A stretch of DNA of 64,000 nucleotides, taken from positions 32,001 through 96,000 of the IMG/VR virus record IMGVR_UViG_3300017913_001781, one strand, 5' to 3'. The notes below the pieces were generated by a model. That model worked only from the letters and a program-made list of their open reading frames with translations. It did not search any database and was not told where the DNA came from. The stretch is from a virus (Duplodnaviria; Caudoviricetes). Below, in pieces: positions 1 to 9,223 of this stretch (the stretch's first letter is position 1; every line of letters begins with the position of its first letter). The translations under genes and the position numbers were made by a program.

Positions 1-1
1 C

Positions 2-298
2 TTTAAAAAATTAGAAAGAATACAGGAAAAAGAAGAAAATACTGTTAAGCAACAATTTGTAGATACTAAAAGATTAAGTAAAAAAGATCAACGTAGAGCT
101 GAGGCTATGAAAAAGAAATATGATAAAGAGAATCTTTTACCTCCTAATGTAATATCGGTTGGAAATAAAACATTTAAGTTTGAAGCACGTGATATTATAT
201 TTGGTGCTCAAGCTCAAAATGACGCAGTAGTAGATTCCATTATAAATGATAAATCTAGGCTGAATAAAAAGCGCAATATTTCTAGAAGAACTCGATAA
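2..298 (+). CDS. C-terminal part of a protein running in from the window edge (possibly baseplate wedge gp53/LysM-like)
   Basis: Frame is open from base 2 (FKKLERIQEKEENT...) through the listed 107..298 ORF; lies directly upstream of baseplate hub-like genes. Confidence 0.45.
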   Translation, partial: FKKLERIQEKEENTVKQQFVDTKRLSKKDQRRAEAMKKKYDKENLLPPNVISVGNKTFKFEARDIIFGAQAQNDAVVDSIINDKSRLNKKRNISRRTR

Positions 299-300
299 AT

Positions 301-1773
301 ATGGATTTTAATAGTAACACATATGCAGTTGTTGAACCATCAATAACTCCTACTGAAATTAGGCTTAAATCTATGGGAGAAGAAAATGGAGGATTTAAGC
401 AAAGCAAAACAGTAGGCGTAAACGAACCATACGTTAGTGTCAATAACTATTCATTTAGTCCTGATGCCATAAGAAATTTTAACTTAAATTGTTCGGGAAC
501 TATTCCATTTTTAAACATAACAGTCGATGATACTAGAAGTAACTTTTCGGTAGATTCTTTTCCAAGAGATGGAGATGTATTAACATTTATGTTAAGTTCT
601 AAAAATGAATCTACATTTAAGTCTATACACATGGATTTCGATATATTAAAAGTGGCCAATTTTCCCGCAGACGAAGACGGAACGGTTAGATATAGCTTCT
701 CGTGTAAAGCAAAAATACCTTTTTTAGATAGCGAAGAATGCAGACACTATGAAGCAGATACTTCTTTATCACATATGGAACAAGAAGCTAAGCATTTAGG
801 TTTAGGGCTAGTAACCAACATCGATAGTACTATTGACACTCAAGTTAGAATACAACCATATATTTCACATTCAAAATTTATAGATAATATAGTAGAGTCT
901 TCATACATATCTGATGACGCTTTCCAAAAATGGTTTATAGACCAATATTATTATTTAAACTTTATAGATGTTAATCGCATATTTAATTCTAAAAATATTA
1001 TGTCGATTCAAGAAGCTCAAGATAGTTTGATGTCATTTACTGATCCAATATCTGTCGAAGCAGGATCTAACGATGCAGCTGATAATATGAAAACTAAATT
1101 GGTTTTAACTAATCACTTTAGATTTAAGGGCATGAATAATTACATAAATAAATTTGCTCTTGAAAATAATTCAGCAGCCGTTGTAGCTAATCATGGCCAT
1201 TTTAGAGACGTTCAATTCTATGATGCAACTATAGAAGAATTAAATGAATTTACAGTAGATCCCTTAACTTCTGAAAATATGTTAGATTCAGAAGAACCAT
1301 TAAGGGGTCGCAGAGATGAGGACCGATACTTGGGTCAAATTAAGCATAAATACGTGGGTAAGCAAGACGCCGGAGAAGACGGGATGGGTAATGTGCATCA
1401 AAACTATTCTTTTTCTAAAATACATAATTTTAGAAATAATGAAGAGGCATCTAAAATGAGGCTTAAGCTTACTATGGCATCATTTAACCCCTCTATTTAT
1501 AAGTATCAAAAGATTTCGGTTATAATATACGTATATTCTCAAGAGAAGAAAAAAGCAGAGGCTATTAAAATACAAGAAGCTGAAAAAATGGGCTTTAATG
1601 AAAGAGCATTCAAGGACAAGGGAGAAAATGAACAATCTCGAGTAGATTCATTTTTAAGCGGCAACTACATAATAGAGAATATAGACTATTCATATTCTAA
1701 ATCAAAGGGTATTGTTCAACATGTAACTCTAATAAGAAGAGAATGGCCTACTAGGTATGCAGCTCTTTTGTAA
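301..1773 (+). CDS. Putative baseplate hub / contractile tail protein (gp27/gpD-like)
   Basis: 490 aa; C-terminal 'FLSGNYIIENIDYSY...QHVTLIRREW' is typical of hub proteins; located before the spike gene. Confidence 0.5.
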   Translation: MDFNSNTYAVVEPSITPTEIRLKSMGEENGGFKQSKTVGVNEPYVSVNNYSFSPDAIRNFNLNCSGTIPFLNITVDDTRSNFSVDSFPRDGDVLTFMLSSKNESTFKSIHMDFDILKVANFPADEDGTVRYSFSCKAKIPFLDSEECRHYEADTSLSHMEQEAKHLGLGLVTNIDSTIDTQVRIQPYISHSKFIDNIVESSYISDDAFQKWFIDQYYYLNFIDVNRIFNSKNIMSIQEAQDSLMSFTDPISVEAGSNDAADNMKTKLVLTNHFRFKGMNNYINKFALENNSAAVVANHGHFRDVQFYDATIEELNEFTVDPLTSENMLDSEEPLRGRRDEDRYLGQIKHKYVGKQDAGEDGMGNVHQNYSFSKIHNFRNNEEASKMRLKLTMASFNPSIYKYQKISVIIYVYSQEKKKAEAIKIQEAEKMGFNERAFKDKGENEQSRVDSFLSGNYIIENIDYSYSKSKGIVQHVTLIRREWPTRYAALL

Positions 1774-1789
1774 AGATAATATATAGTAT

Positions 1790-3064
1790 ATGTCAGATTT
1801 TGTATCCATAGATCAATTTAGAAAGGGTAGGTTGCATAATAGAATGCATCAAGATCCTACGTATCTTAGCTTTTTTCTATCATTTGATTGGTATAGCGAA
1901 GAGTCTCCTTTATTTTCAGGGGAAGCAGAACGTTATTTAAGAAATGTAATAGGAGATAATGATAGAGCTGATAAGCTTAAACGTTTTATAAAGATACTTA
2001 AAAAGCTAAATACAGAAATGCCATGGTTTTGGCAATCTATTTCAGGATTAGAAACTACTAAACAGTATAACAAAATGGAAGACCCGTTTAGGGGAGGAAC
2101 TGATAGCAAAATAACTATAACTTGTTTAGAATCAGTTGAATTACCAGTAACAGGCCTTATAGACTTATATAAACAAGCTGCTTATGATTTTTCAAGATGG
2201 GTTGAGGTTATACCTCACAATTTAAGAAGATTTAATATGTATGTTTATGTAAGTGAAGTTAGAGTTTTTAGAACCAATAAAGCTAGTCAGTTTGTAGCCA
2301 ATACAATTGATAGCACCGGTTTATTAGGTACTAAAGATGATGGTCAAGCAAGGGCTTCTAGCTCTATAGTTAATTCTTCATATAACGGTGATATCAGATC
2401 TGTTAAGCCTCACTTTGAAATAGGGCTAAGTCATTGTACATTTGATATTGAATCTACAAATGCGGTTTTTCAAGATTTAAGTAAAAGCCCAGATCAACCT
2501 ATTACGCCATCAATAAGCATTATGTACGAAGGCGTTCATGACCATAAAAGCTATTATGTTAATAGTATTCCAGATGGTAATGAAGATCCAACTAATGGTC
2601 AACTACTCGCACAGGGCGCTAAAGATGCTATAGTTAGTAATGAAGATCCAACTAATGGTCAACTACTCGCACAGGGCGTTAAAGATGCTATAGTTAGTTC
2701 TGTTGCAAATAAAGTAGAAGGAGCTTTACAAAATACACTAGATAACGTTAAGGGTAGATTATTGCTAGGTAATGTATATGGCTTAAATGCAGCTTCTACA
2801 GTTCAAGATGCTATTAGGGCGGGCAGTATAAATGGTATCGCTAATATAGCAAGTCAAATTGGAGCTGACTCCAGACCTCCAGCTTCTCCAGATATTCCGT
2901 CAAACGTATATCCAGATCCCACTCAATTAAAATATGGCCCAGCCGGTAGCATAACTCCCGGTAATATATATGGAGTAGAACCTGCAACTTCTAGCCGGGG
3001 AAAGGATCCTTCGGTTTCTAGAATTCCAAAAGATTTAGGCAACGCAATTGAAAGAAGAGTATGA
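1790..3064 (+). CDS. Putative tail tube-like / tube initiator protein
   Basis: 424 aa; 'WFWQSISGLE...ITITCLES' is tube-fold-like; structural context; preceded by AATATATA. Confidence 0.4.
   Translation: MSDFVSIDQFRKGRLHNRMHQDPTYLSFFLSFDWYSEESPLFSGEAERYLRNVIGDNDRADKLKRFIKILKKLNTEMPWFWQSISGLETTKQYNKMEDPFRGGTDSKITITCLESVELPVTGLIDLYKQAAYDFSRWVEVIPHNLRRFNMYVYVSEVRVFRTNKASQFVANTIDSTGLLGTKDDGQARASSSIVNSSYNGDIRSVKPHFEIGLSHCTFDIESTNAVFQDLSKSPDQPITPSISIMYEGVHDHKSYYVNSIPDGNEDPTNGQLLAQGAKDAIVSNEDPTNGQLLAQGVKDAIVSSVANKVEGALQNTLDNVKGRLLLGNVYGLNAASTVQDAIRAGSINGIANIASQIGADSRPPASPDIPSNVYPDPTQLKYGPAGSITPGNIYGVEPATSSRGKDPSVSRIPKDLGNAIERRV
2577..2698 (+). repeat. Near-perfect 60-bp in-frame tandem duplication (NEDPTNGQLLAQG[A/V]KDAIVS x2)
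   Basis: Lines 2581 and 2641 are identical except gct/gtt. Confidence 0.95.
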
Positions 3065-3756
3065 AACAAGCTGAGCTTATAAATGATAACATTAGAGATA
3101 CACATTGGCTAGGAGAAGTAGTGGATAATCAGGATCCATTATCAAATGGTCGATGTAAAGTCAAAGTATTTGGTAAATTTGATACTATTCCGGTTGAAGC
3201 TATTCCATGGGCTTCGCCTATGAATAGAATGACGCCCGGTCATCATGTAGTACCAAGAGTAGGTGATATTGTTGGTATTAGATTTGATAATGGAGATATT
3301 TACCACCCCGAATACCTGTTTCAGGTCAATCAAAATACAGACTTAAAGGAAGAAGTACTTCAGAACAGCGAAACGCCATATGACGTTATATCTTTGGTCT
3401 ATGACGCTCAAAGAAAAGTAAGAATTTATTGGTCTCTAGAAGATGGTTTAGTCATGACTACCGGAGAGTCTCAAACGGCTCAGCCCATGATTAGATTCTC
3501 TCCAGAAGGTCAAATATTTCTTAACTCTAATGAGATATACATTGCTACCGATGGAACTAATACTGATGAACCCGCCGTTAAAGGTAAAACTTTAGCAGAT
3601 TTATTAGCTGAGATTATAACTCAGTTTAACGGCCATACTCATCCGACCGGTGTTGGCCCTTCTGGTCCTCCTCTACCTCCTCAATTACCGGCTATGATTA
3701 ATTTGCAAACGCAGATAAATAGTAATGCAGGCCCTGGTTTTATCCAGCAAAAATGA
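3061..3756 (+). CDS. Baseplate central spike, gp5/gpV-like OB-fold protein without lysozyme domain
   Basis: 'GEVVDNQDPLSNGRCKVKVFG...PWA...VPRVGDIVGIRF' gp5 OB-fold; C-terminal 'HTHPTGVGPSGPP' spike tip. Confidence 0.85.
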   Translation: MKQAELINDNIRDTHWLGEVVDNQDPLSNGRCKVKVFGKFDTIPVEAIPWASPMNRMTPGHHVVPRVGDIVGIRFDNGDIYHPEYLFQVNQNTDLKEEVLQNSETPYDVISLVYDAQRKVRIYWSLEDGLVMTTGESQTAQPMIRFSPEGQIFLNSNEIYIATDGTNTDEPAVKGKTLADLLAEIITQFNGHTHPTGVGPSGPPLPPQLPAMINLQTQINSNAGPGFIQQK

Positions 3757-3762
3757 TAGGCA

Positions 3763-4554
3763 ATGACTTTTGACAATCTTATTGATACATATGGCAATTC
3801 ATATGCCGTTAGCCAATCCTATAATACTATAGCTAGTAATATTATTTCAGCATGTGAAAACCTTTTGAGTAGTAACTTAAAAGCTGGAAACAAAACTTTT
3901 ACATTTTCTGGAAGTCATGATTTTGGAGATGCTATTTCCAATCTTTCAAGTAAACTTAGTAATGGTGATGTTGTTGGAGTTGCAGCTCAAATTGCCTACA
4001 TATTTCAAAATAGAAAAGGAACTATTGAGCAATTAACATATACTGTAAATCCAAATGATTTTGAAAATATAATTATTTTGTCAGTTAGAGGAGCATATGA
4101 TGGTAATAAAAATTTATATGATAGATTAACTGACTTTACGCAAATTAATAGACCTATAACAGTTAGTGGATCATCTATAGTTTTAGATTTTACTAGAATT
4201 AGAAATAGGTGTCAAGAATATGTTGAAGATTTTAAGATAGATGTTCAGGGTCAAAAGATTGTAGGAGAAGAATACGAAGAAGAAATACTCTTACATGGTA
4301 ATCAGGTTATGGCAACTGAAACTTCTCCAGAAGGAATAACGTATAACGTTGAAAAATCAGGAGATCTTCCAAGTGATGCATCTGCTAGAGAAGAGATAAT
4401 GGCTAGTCGAATACAAGACCTAGAAGATTTAGTAGAATCGGGTGTAATAGTCAAATATAATATAGAAGAGTTTTCTAGTAAGACGGTCGTTAAAACATAT
4501 TTTAGACTATTAGAGGATTATCAAAAAGAGTTTAATGTTCAAAGCATATTATAA
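3763..4554 (+). CDS. Hypothetical protein
   Basis: 263 aa ORF, TAATG-coupled to the next gene. Confidence 0.7.
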   Translation: MTFDNLIDTYGNSYAVSQSYNTIASNIISACENLLSSNLKAGNKTFTFSGSHDFGDAISNLSSKLSNGDVVGVAAQIAYIFQNRKGTIEQLTYTVNPNDFENIIILSVRGAYDGNKNLYDRLTDFTQINRPITVSGSSIVLDFTRIRNRCQEYVEDFKIDVQGQKIVGEEYEEEILLHGNQVMATETSPEGITYNVEKSGDLPSDASAREEIMASRIQDLEDLVESGVIVKYNIEEFSSKTVVKTYFRLLEDYQKEFNVQSIL

Positions 4555-5276
4555 TGAGCTTCGAGTTATTTAAAACAAATATGACGGCGTTCTTTCAAAA
4601 CAAGAACGGCAGTGCAAGCGGAGTTATTCCGGCTGAAGATATGCCAGTGTCTGATATGATAGAAATTCCAGATCCTCAAGATCCAGAAAAAACTATTGAA
4701 GTTTTAGATACCGATAAAGAACTAAGAAAGCTAGCTAGAAAAATAACTGATGAATATCATTTGGCAATAGGAACATCTATTCAACAAGTAGGAGGTACTG
4801 CTAGGCCTATAAATCCAGCTATTTATAATGGTGTTATGAACACTGCAAAAGAAGCTATATTTTTGGCTATTCTTGGAGTTTTAAAAGTTATGCATTCTGA
4901 TAAAGGACCAAAACCTTCGATACCCTTGATGTTACCAATCGGTGCAGCTGTCGTAGCTTATTGGGCAACTGCTCTTGCACCCGGATCTTTTTTACCGGTG
5001 CCCATGCCTTTAACTCCGCCTTATACAGTGCCAGCTCCTGGTGTTATAGTCTTATTTCCCGGTAATCCAAAACCGATTGCTAAGGGGTTTAAAGATGCTT
5101 TTTCAAAATATGATAATGAGAGAGATTTTAACGAAGCTCTTTCTAAAATGCTAGACGATATAATTAAGGGATTCGAAGACCACTTAGCTAGCGTCAGTGG
5201 AATTTATGTTGGATTGGTACCTGCACCTCCAGCAATTGTTCCAATTGTTACACCGTGGAAAGGAATCACAGTTTAA
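4554..5276 (+). CDS. Hypothetical proline-rich protein (probably structural)
   Basis: 240 aa ORF in the baseplate cluster. Confidence 0.65.
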   Translation: MSFELFKTNMTAFFQNKNGSASGVIPAEDMPVSDMIEIPDPQDPEKTIEVLDTDKELRKLARKITDEYHLAIGTSIQQVGGTARPINPAIYNGVMNTAKEAIFLAILGVLKVMHSDKGPKPSIPLMLPIGAAVVAYWATALAPGSFLPVPMPLTPPYTVPAPGVIVLFPGNPKPIAKGFKDAFSKYDNERDFNEALSKMLDDIIKGFEDHLASVSGIYVGLVPAPPAIVPIVTPWKGITV

Positions 5277-5278
5277 TA

Positions 5279-5286
5279 GATATATA
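5279..5286 (+). promoter_or_regulatory. Putative late promoter GATATATA (upstream of the S1-like gene)
   Basis: RATATATA recurs at 1778, 2963, 6635, 14478, 20850, 28598, 34272, 35390, 39820, 43611 and 58688. Confidence 0.65.
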
Positions 5287-5315
5287 ATATGTTACACCTT
5301 TAATATAAAAAATAA

Positions 5316-6614
5316 ATGTCACAAAAAAAATCAAGGCCTAGAATCAATAAAAAGGCCATCGAAGAGGTTGAAGTAACTCAACCGGAGTCAACGACTCAAC
5401 AAGAACAAACAGAAGTAAAAATCGAAAGCGAAAGAGACCGATGGACTCTTGACAGCGGCGAATTTGATTGGGACGGCTATGCTGCTGATTGCCCAAAAAC
5501 TCTTAGAAAATCTAATCCACATGTAAAAACTCAAGGAAATGATAAGGTATTTTCTAGAGAGTCGTATGCTCAAGAGTTTTATGATATTCTAACTAACCGA
5601 GAAAAAGAATCTGAATTTATTCCTAAATTAAAAGTTGGAGTTATTTATGAGGGTAAGGTATTTGGTATTAATGAAACGCACGCTACTGTCGATGTAAACT
5701 ATCGCCAACTTGTCTTTGTTAAACTTTCTAAAGAAGATCCTCAATATAGAGACGTTAGACCCGGAGAAGAAGTATCAGTTCTTATAACCGAAGGTACCAA
5801 CGACGACGAAAGGGGTAATATCATAGGAACTATATCGGGCGGTATGCGCCAACGTATATTTATGGATCTAAGAGAAGGTATAGACTCAGCTGATACTGCT
5901 TGGACTGGTGTTGTTAAAGAAATGATTTCTGCTGGAGGATATGTCGTTAATGTACAAGGTGTAGATTGCTTTATGCCAGGTTCTCTTGCAGGTATTAACA
6001 AATTACACGATTTTGAATCTATCTTGGGTCAAGAGCTTTATGTCGTTCCTGTTTCATTCTCACAGGACAGAGGTACAATTGTTGTTTCGCACAGAAAGTA
6101 TTTACAGGCTATGATTCCTGTTGAAATTTCAAAGCTTCGTGAGAATATTACTGACAGAATTACAGGCACTGTTACCGGTACTGCGAAGTACGGTGTCTTC
6201 TGTGAGTTTAACACTTGCTTAACGGGTATGATTCATGTTAACGACTTAGATGCAGAAACACTTAAGAGACATAAGTCACAAAGTATTAAACCGGGAGAAG
6301 AAATTGAGTTCTTAGTTAAAGATATTGTATCTAATACTAAAATTACGTTGACTCAAAAGACGCTTGAGGAAACTAATCCATGGATTAATATACTTGAAAG
6401 ATATAAGGTTCCTAGTGTAGTTGATGCAAAGGTTAAAGCCGTTAAAGATTATGGAATTTTTGTAACTCTTGAAGAAGGAGTTGTCGGTTTACTTCATATT
6501 AGTGAAGTCGGAGAAGATCTAATCAAAGTGTTTAAGAACGGTGATAATATTACAGTTCAGGTAACCAGAATTGATCCTGAAACTAGAAAGGTGTTCTTGA
6601 AGTTACCATCATAA
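5316..6614 (+). CDS. rpsA: Ribosomal protein S1-like protein (about four S1/OB domains)
   Basis: S1 repeats: 'GGYVVNVQGVDCFMPGSL', 'GTVTGTAKYGVFCEF..GMIHVND', 'AKVKAVKDYGIFVTLEEGVVGLLHISEV..ITVQVTRIDPETRKVFL'; linker 'IVVSHRKYL'; 'NPW' motif. Confidence 0.85.
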   Translation: MSQKKSRPRINKKAIEEVEVTQPESTTQQEQTEVKIESERDRWTLDSGEFDWDGYAADCPKTLRKSNPHVKTQGNDKVFSRESYAQEFYDILTNREKESEFIPKLKVGVIYEGKVFGINETHATVDVNYRQLVFVKLSKEDPQYRDVRPGEEVSVLITEGTNDDERGNIIGTISGGMRQRIFMDLREGIDSADTAWTGVVKEMISAGGYVVNVQGVDCFMPGSLAGINKLHDFESILGQELYVVPVSFSQDRGTIVVSHRKYLQAMIPVEISKLRENITDRITGTVTGTAKYGVFCEFNTCLTGMIHVNDLDAETLKRHKSQSIKPGEEIEFLVKDIVSNTKITLTQKTLEETNPWINILERYKVPSVVDAKVKAVKDYGIFVTLEEGVVGLLHISEVGEDLIKVFKNGDNITVQVTRIDPETRKVFLKLPS

Positions 6615-6667
6615 TATGATGTCATAGTTAGTCTGATATATACCATAACAAAGATATATCGGTCTAG

Positions 6668-7981
6668 ATGAACAAACTTTATAAAAATTCTAATAGAGAG
6701 GAGATACTTAATGCTTCGTTATGCGGAGTAGAGTTTGAGTTTTATTCCAAATTGGGCCTAAAAGAGACTACCAAGCAATTGGAGGATCTTTTAGGCCGCT
6801 CTATTAGTATAGAAGATAAGGCACACTCTGATTTTGAACCAACTGATAAAGAGTTCAAAATTGAACCTGATATGTCGGGCGGTAAAGGACTAATGGAGCT
6901 CGTTACTGGAGCTATGCCTTATAGAAACGCCAGAATTATGATGATTAAGGTGTTAGGTTGGATTAGACAAAATGGTTATACAACCGAAAGGTCGGGCATT
7001 CACCTTAACTTATCATTTGATAAAGACTATTTAGAAGATAAAAATATGATATCTAAGATGAACACTCTTAAGTTTATCTTGGACTTTAACGAAAAACAGG
7101 TTTACAACCTATTTCCTGATAGAGAAAATTCAGTTTATGCTAAAAGTATAAAATGGGTTATGCCAAAGGTTGACGCGTTCTACTATGATTCTGTTAATAC
7201 TTCTATTCATAATTACGATTTCCCCAATACTAAGTACTATGGCATTAACTTTGAAAAGAAGTTAAAGAATTATTTAGAGTTTAGATATTTGGGTGGAAAG
7301 AATTATGAACAAAGGCAAGATGATATTTTCTATCTTTGGGAATCATTTGTTATGGCTATTTGGAAATCTTGTAATAATTCTAATTTTACAGAAGAAAATA
7401 AATTAGAGCTTCGTAGAATTTTACATAAAAACGAGCCTGTTGCATTATCTTTAAGAGACTTTAGAAACGTAAATAAGAATTGGCCTAAGATAGAAATTTT
7501 AGTAGACCTCAACGATCATGGTGAGACCATAGATATGTATTGGGATCGTATGAAGCATAGGGTTATGGATCTAATAACCAAGGGTGGTATGACAGAGGGG
7601 ATAGTTAACTACGATAGCGATATTTCTCATGTTCAAATTAAAGATGGTAAGTTTCCAACTTGTTTTCAACTTGAAGGTTATGACTTCGTCAATTGCGAAA
7701 TTAGAGGCAATGTAGAAAAAAGTGACTTGTTTGATTGTAAAGTTGAAGGGTCTATGTTAGTAAGATGTAATTTATATCAAGGTACAGAAGTTAAGGAGTC
7801 TAAGATAGAGTCTTGTTTTGTACACGGTAGCTGCACCATTGTTAATAGTTTTGTCTTTGGTAGAGACGGTATATTTAAAGGTAAAATGAAAGGTGGCATA
7901 TTTAGAGAAGGAATGATAACTAAAGATTCTAGGTTTGAAGATGACGTAGAAGTTGTAGTTACTAAAAAAATAAAATCATAA
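6668..7981 (+). CDS. Putative amidoligase (COOH-NH2 ligase) with C-terminal beta-helix-like repeats
   Basis: 'GVEFEF', 'EPDMSGG..MELVTG', 'GIHLNLS', 'KYYGINF', 'YLEFRYLGG' match amidoligase_2 motifs; Cys-containing short repeats at the C-terminus. Confidence 0.75.
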   Translation: MNKLYKNSNREEILNASLCGVEFEFYSKLGLKETTKQLEDLLGRSISIEDKAHSDFEPTDKEFKIEPDMSGGKGLMELVTGAMPYRNARIMMIKVLGWIRQNGYTTERSGIHLNLSFDKDYLEDKNMISKMNTLKFILDFNEKQVYNLFPDRENSVYAKSIKWVMPKVDAFYYDSVNTSIHNYDFPNTKYYGINFEKKLKNYLEFRYLGGKNYEQRQDDIFYLWESFVMAIWKSCNNSNFTEENKLELRRILHKNEPVALSLRDFRNVNKNWPKIEILVDLNDHGETIDMYWDRMKHRVMDLITKGGMTEGIVNYDSDISHVQIKDGKFPTCFQLEGYDFVNCEIRGNVEKSDLFDCKVEGSMLVRCNLYQGTEVKESKIESCFVHGSCTIVNSFVFGRDGIFKGKMKGGIFREGMITKDSRFEDDVEVVVTKKIKS

Positions 7982-7982
7982 G

Positions 7983-8825
7983 ATGAGTAAAATCAGAAGC
8001 GGCAACGATAGTGGCTTAAATACTCCTAAAAACTTTGGTGAAGATTGTCAAGATCTATTTTTAGATGAAATAGCCGATGAGCTTACAGGAGCATGTATGA
8101 TTCCTGTTAACCTTCCTAAGAAGGAGGTTTTAAACATTATAAAAAGAGCGGTTAAGTGGTTCTATAAGAATTACGAATACTCTGTTAAAGAAAACTATTA
8201 TCACATTCCTAATAGCGTATTTAGTACTGACTATTTTAAATCTCATAGGGCTTTACATTTACCACAAGCCACTGGCGATGGTTCTGGTATGGTATTCTCT
8301 GTTTATGGCTTATATGACTTAGCGAGCGGTTGGAATCAGCCAGGTGGGGGCTTAGATTTAAGATTCGAAAGCGGATCTGACTTTGCGTTAGAAAGAATGT
8401 TGTTTAGAAACGTGTACGACGGCGACGGAGCTGCTAGAGGCGCAGAGGAGTTACAGTATTACGTAATTAACCAATCCATGGTGGATCTATCTAGGCAGAT
8501 CATGGAGAACCCGATTTCGTTTCATTTCTCGCAATTGACAGGTGAGCTTAAGTTTATGGGTGATACACCCAAGGGAGATGTCATACTTGAAGTTTATGAG
8601 ACTATTCCTAATTGTGCACTCTACTCCGATGAGATATTCTTTAGGTATGTTTCGGCTAAAGTTAAAATATCATTAGGTTCTAAATTAGGCGTTTTTAAAT
8701 TTGCACTGCCGGGTAATGTAGAATTTGATTATTCGGAAATAAAGTCTATGGGTGAAGAAGAACTTTCAACAGTAATAGAAGAAATAAAAGGAGACGAAGG
8801 CGTTGATTGGATGATGCATTCATAA
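7983..8825 (+). CDS. Neck protein, T4 gp13-like
   Basis: 'IPVNLPKKEVLNIIKRAVKWFY' and 'LGVFKFALPGNVEFD..I...GEEEL' resemble gp13 N- and C-termini. Confidence 0.7.
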   Translation: MSKIRSGNDSGLNTPKNFGEDCQDLFLDEIADELTGACMIPVNLPKKEVLNIIKRAVKWFYKNYEYSVKENYYHIPNSVFSTDYFKSHRALHLPQATGDGSGMVFSVYGLYDLASGWNQPGGGLDLRFESGSDFALERMLFRNVYDGDGAARGAEELQYYVINQSMVDLSRQIMENPISFHFSQLTGELKFMGDTPKGDVILEVYETIPNCALYSDEIFFRYVSAKVKISLGSKLGVFKFALPGNVEFDYSEIKSMGEEELSTVIEEIKGDEGVDWMMHS

Positions 8826-8853
8826 GCTAAACAAAAAGTTGAATAGATACTAG

Positions 8854-9210
8854 ATGGAACTCTATATTAAGACAATTGGTGACCCTAACTTTGACTCGTT
8901 TAAGGTACAAAGTAATAGCGAGCTAGCACAGCTTATGACTCAAATAGAGACCATACTTTTTACAAACAAACGAGAGGTTTTAGGAAAACCTCAATTTGGA
9001 TGCAACCTTGAAGATTTAGTCTATTCTCTTAATTATAACAATAATCAGATCAAAGAAACTATAGATGAGCAAATTGCAATGTTTTGTCCTCTTGCCCAAA
9101 AATACAATGTATCAGCTGAAGTCTCTTTTGTAAAAGGTACAGCAAGAGACATAGCTTACATAGATATAACTATAGATTCTAAATACCTATTACAGGTCTA
9201 TATAAATTAA
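8854..9210 (+). CDS. Baseplate wedge protein, gp25-like
   Basis: 'IETILFTNKREVLGKPQFGCNLEDLVY' GPW/gp25 signature; precedes the gp6-like gene. Confidence 0.85.
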   Translation: MELYIKTIGDPNFDSFKVQSNSELAQLMTQIETILFTNKREVLGKPQFGCNLEDLVYSLNYNNNQIKETIDEQIAMFCPLAQKYNVSAEVSFVKGTARDIAYIDITIDSKYLLQVYIN

Positions 9211-9223
9211 ACATAACTTTATA

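Noticed and set aside
2577-2698. CRISPR-like repeat
   Set aside because: Only two adjacent copies with no spacer, in frame within a CDS
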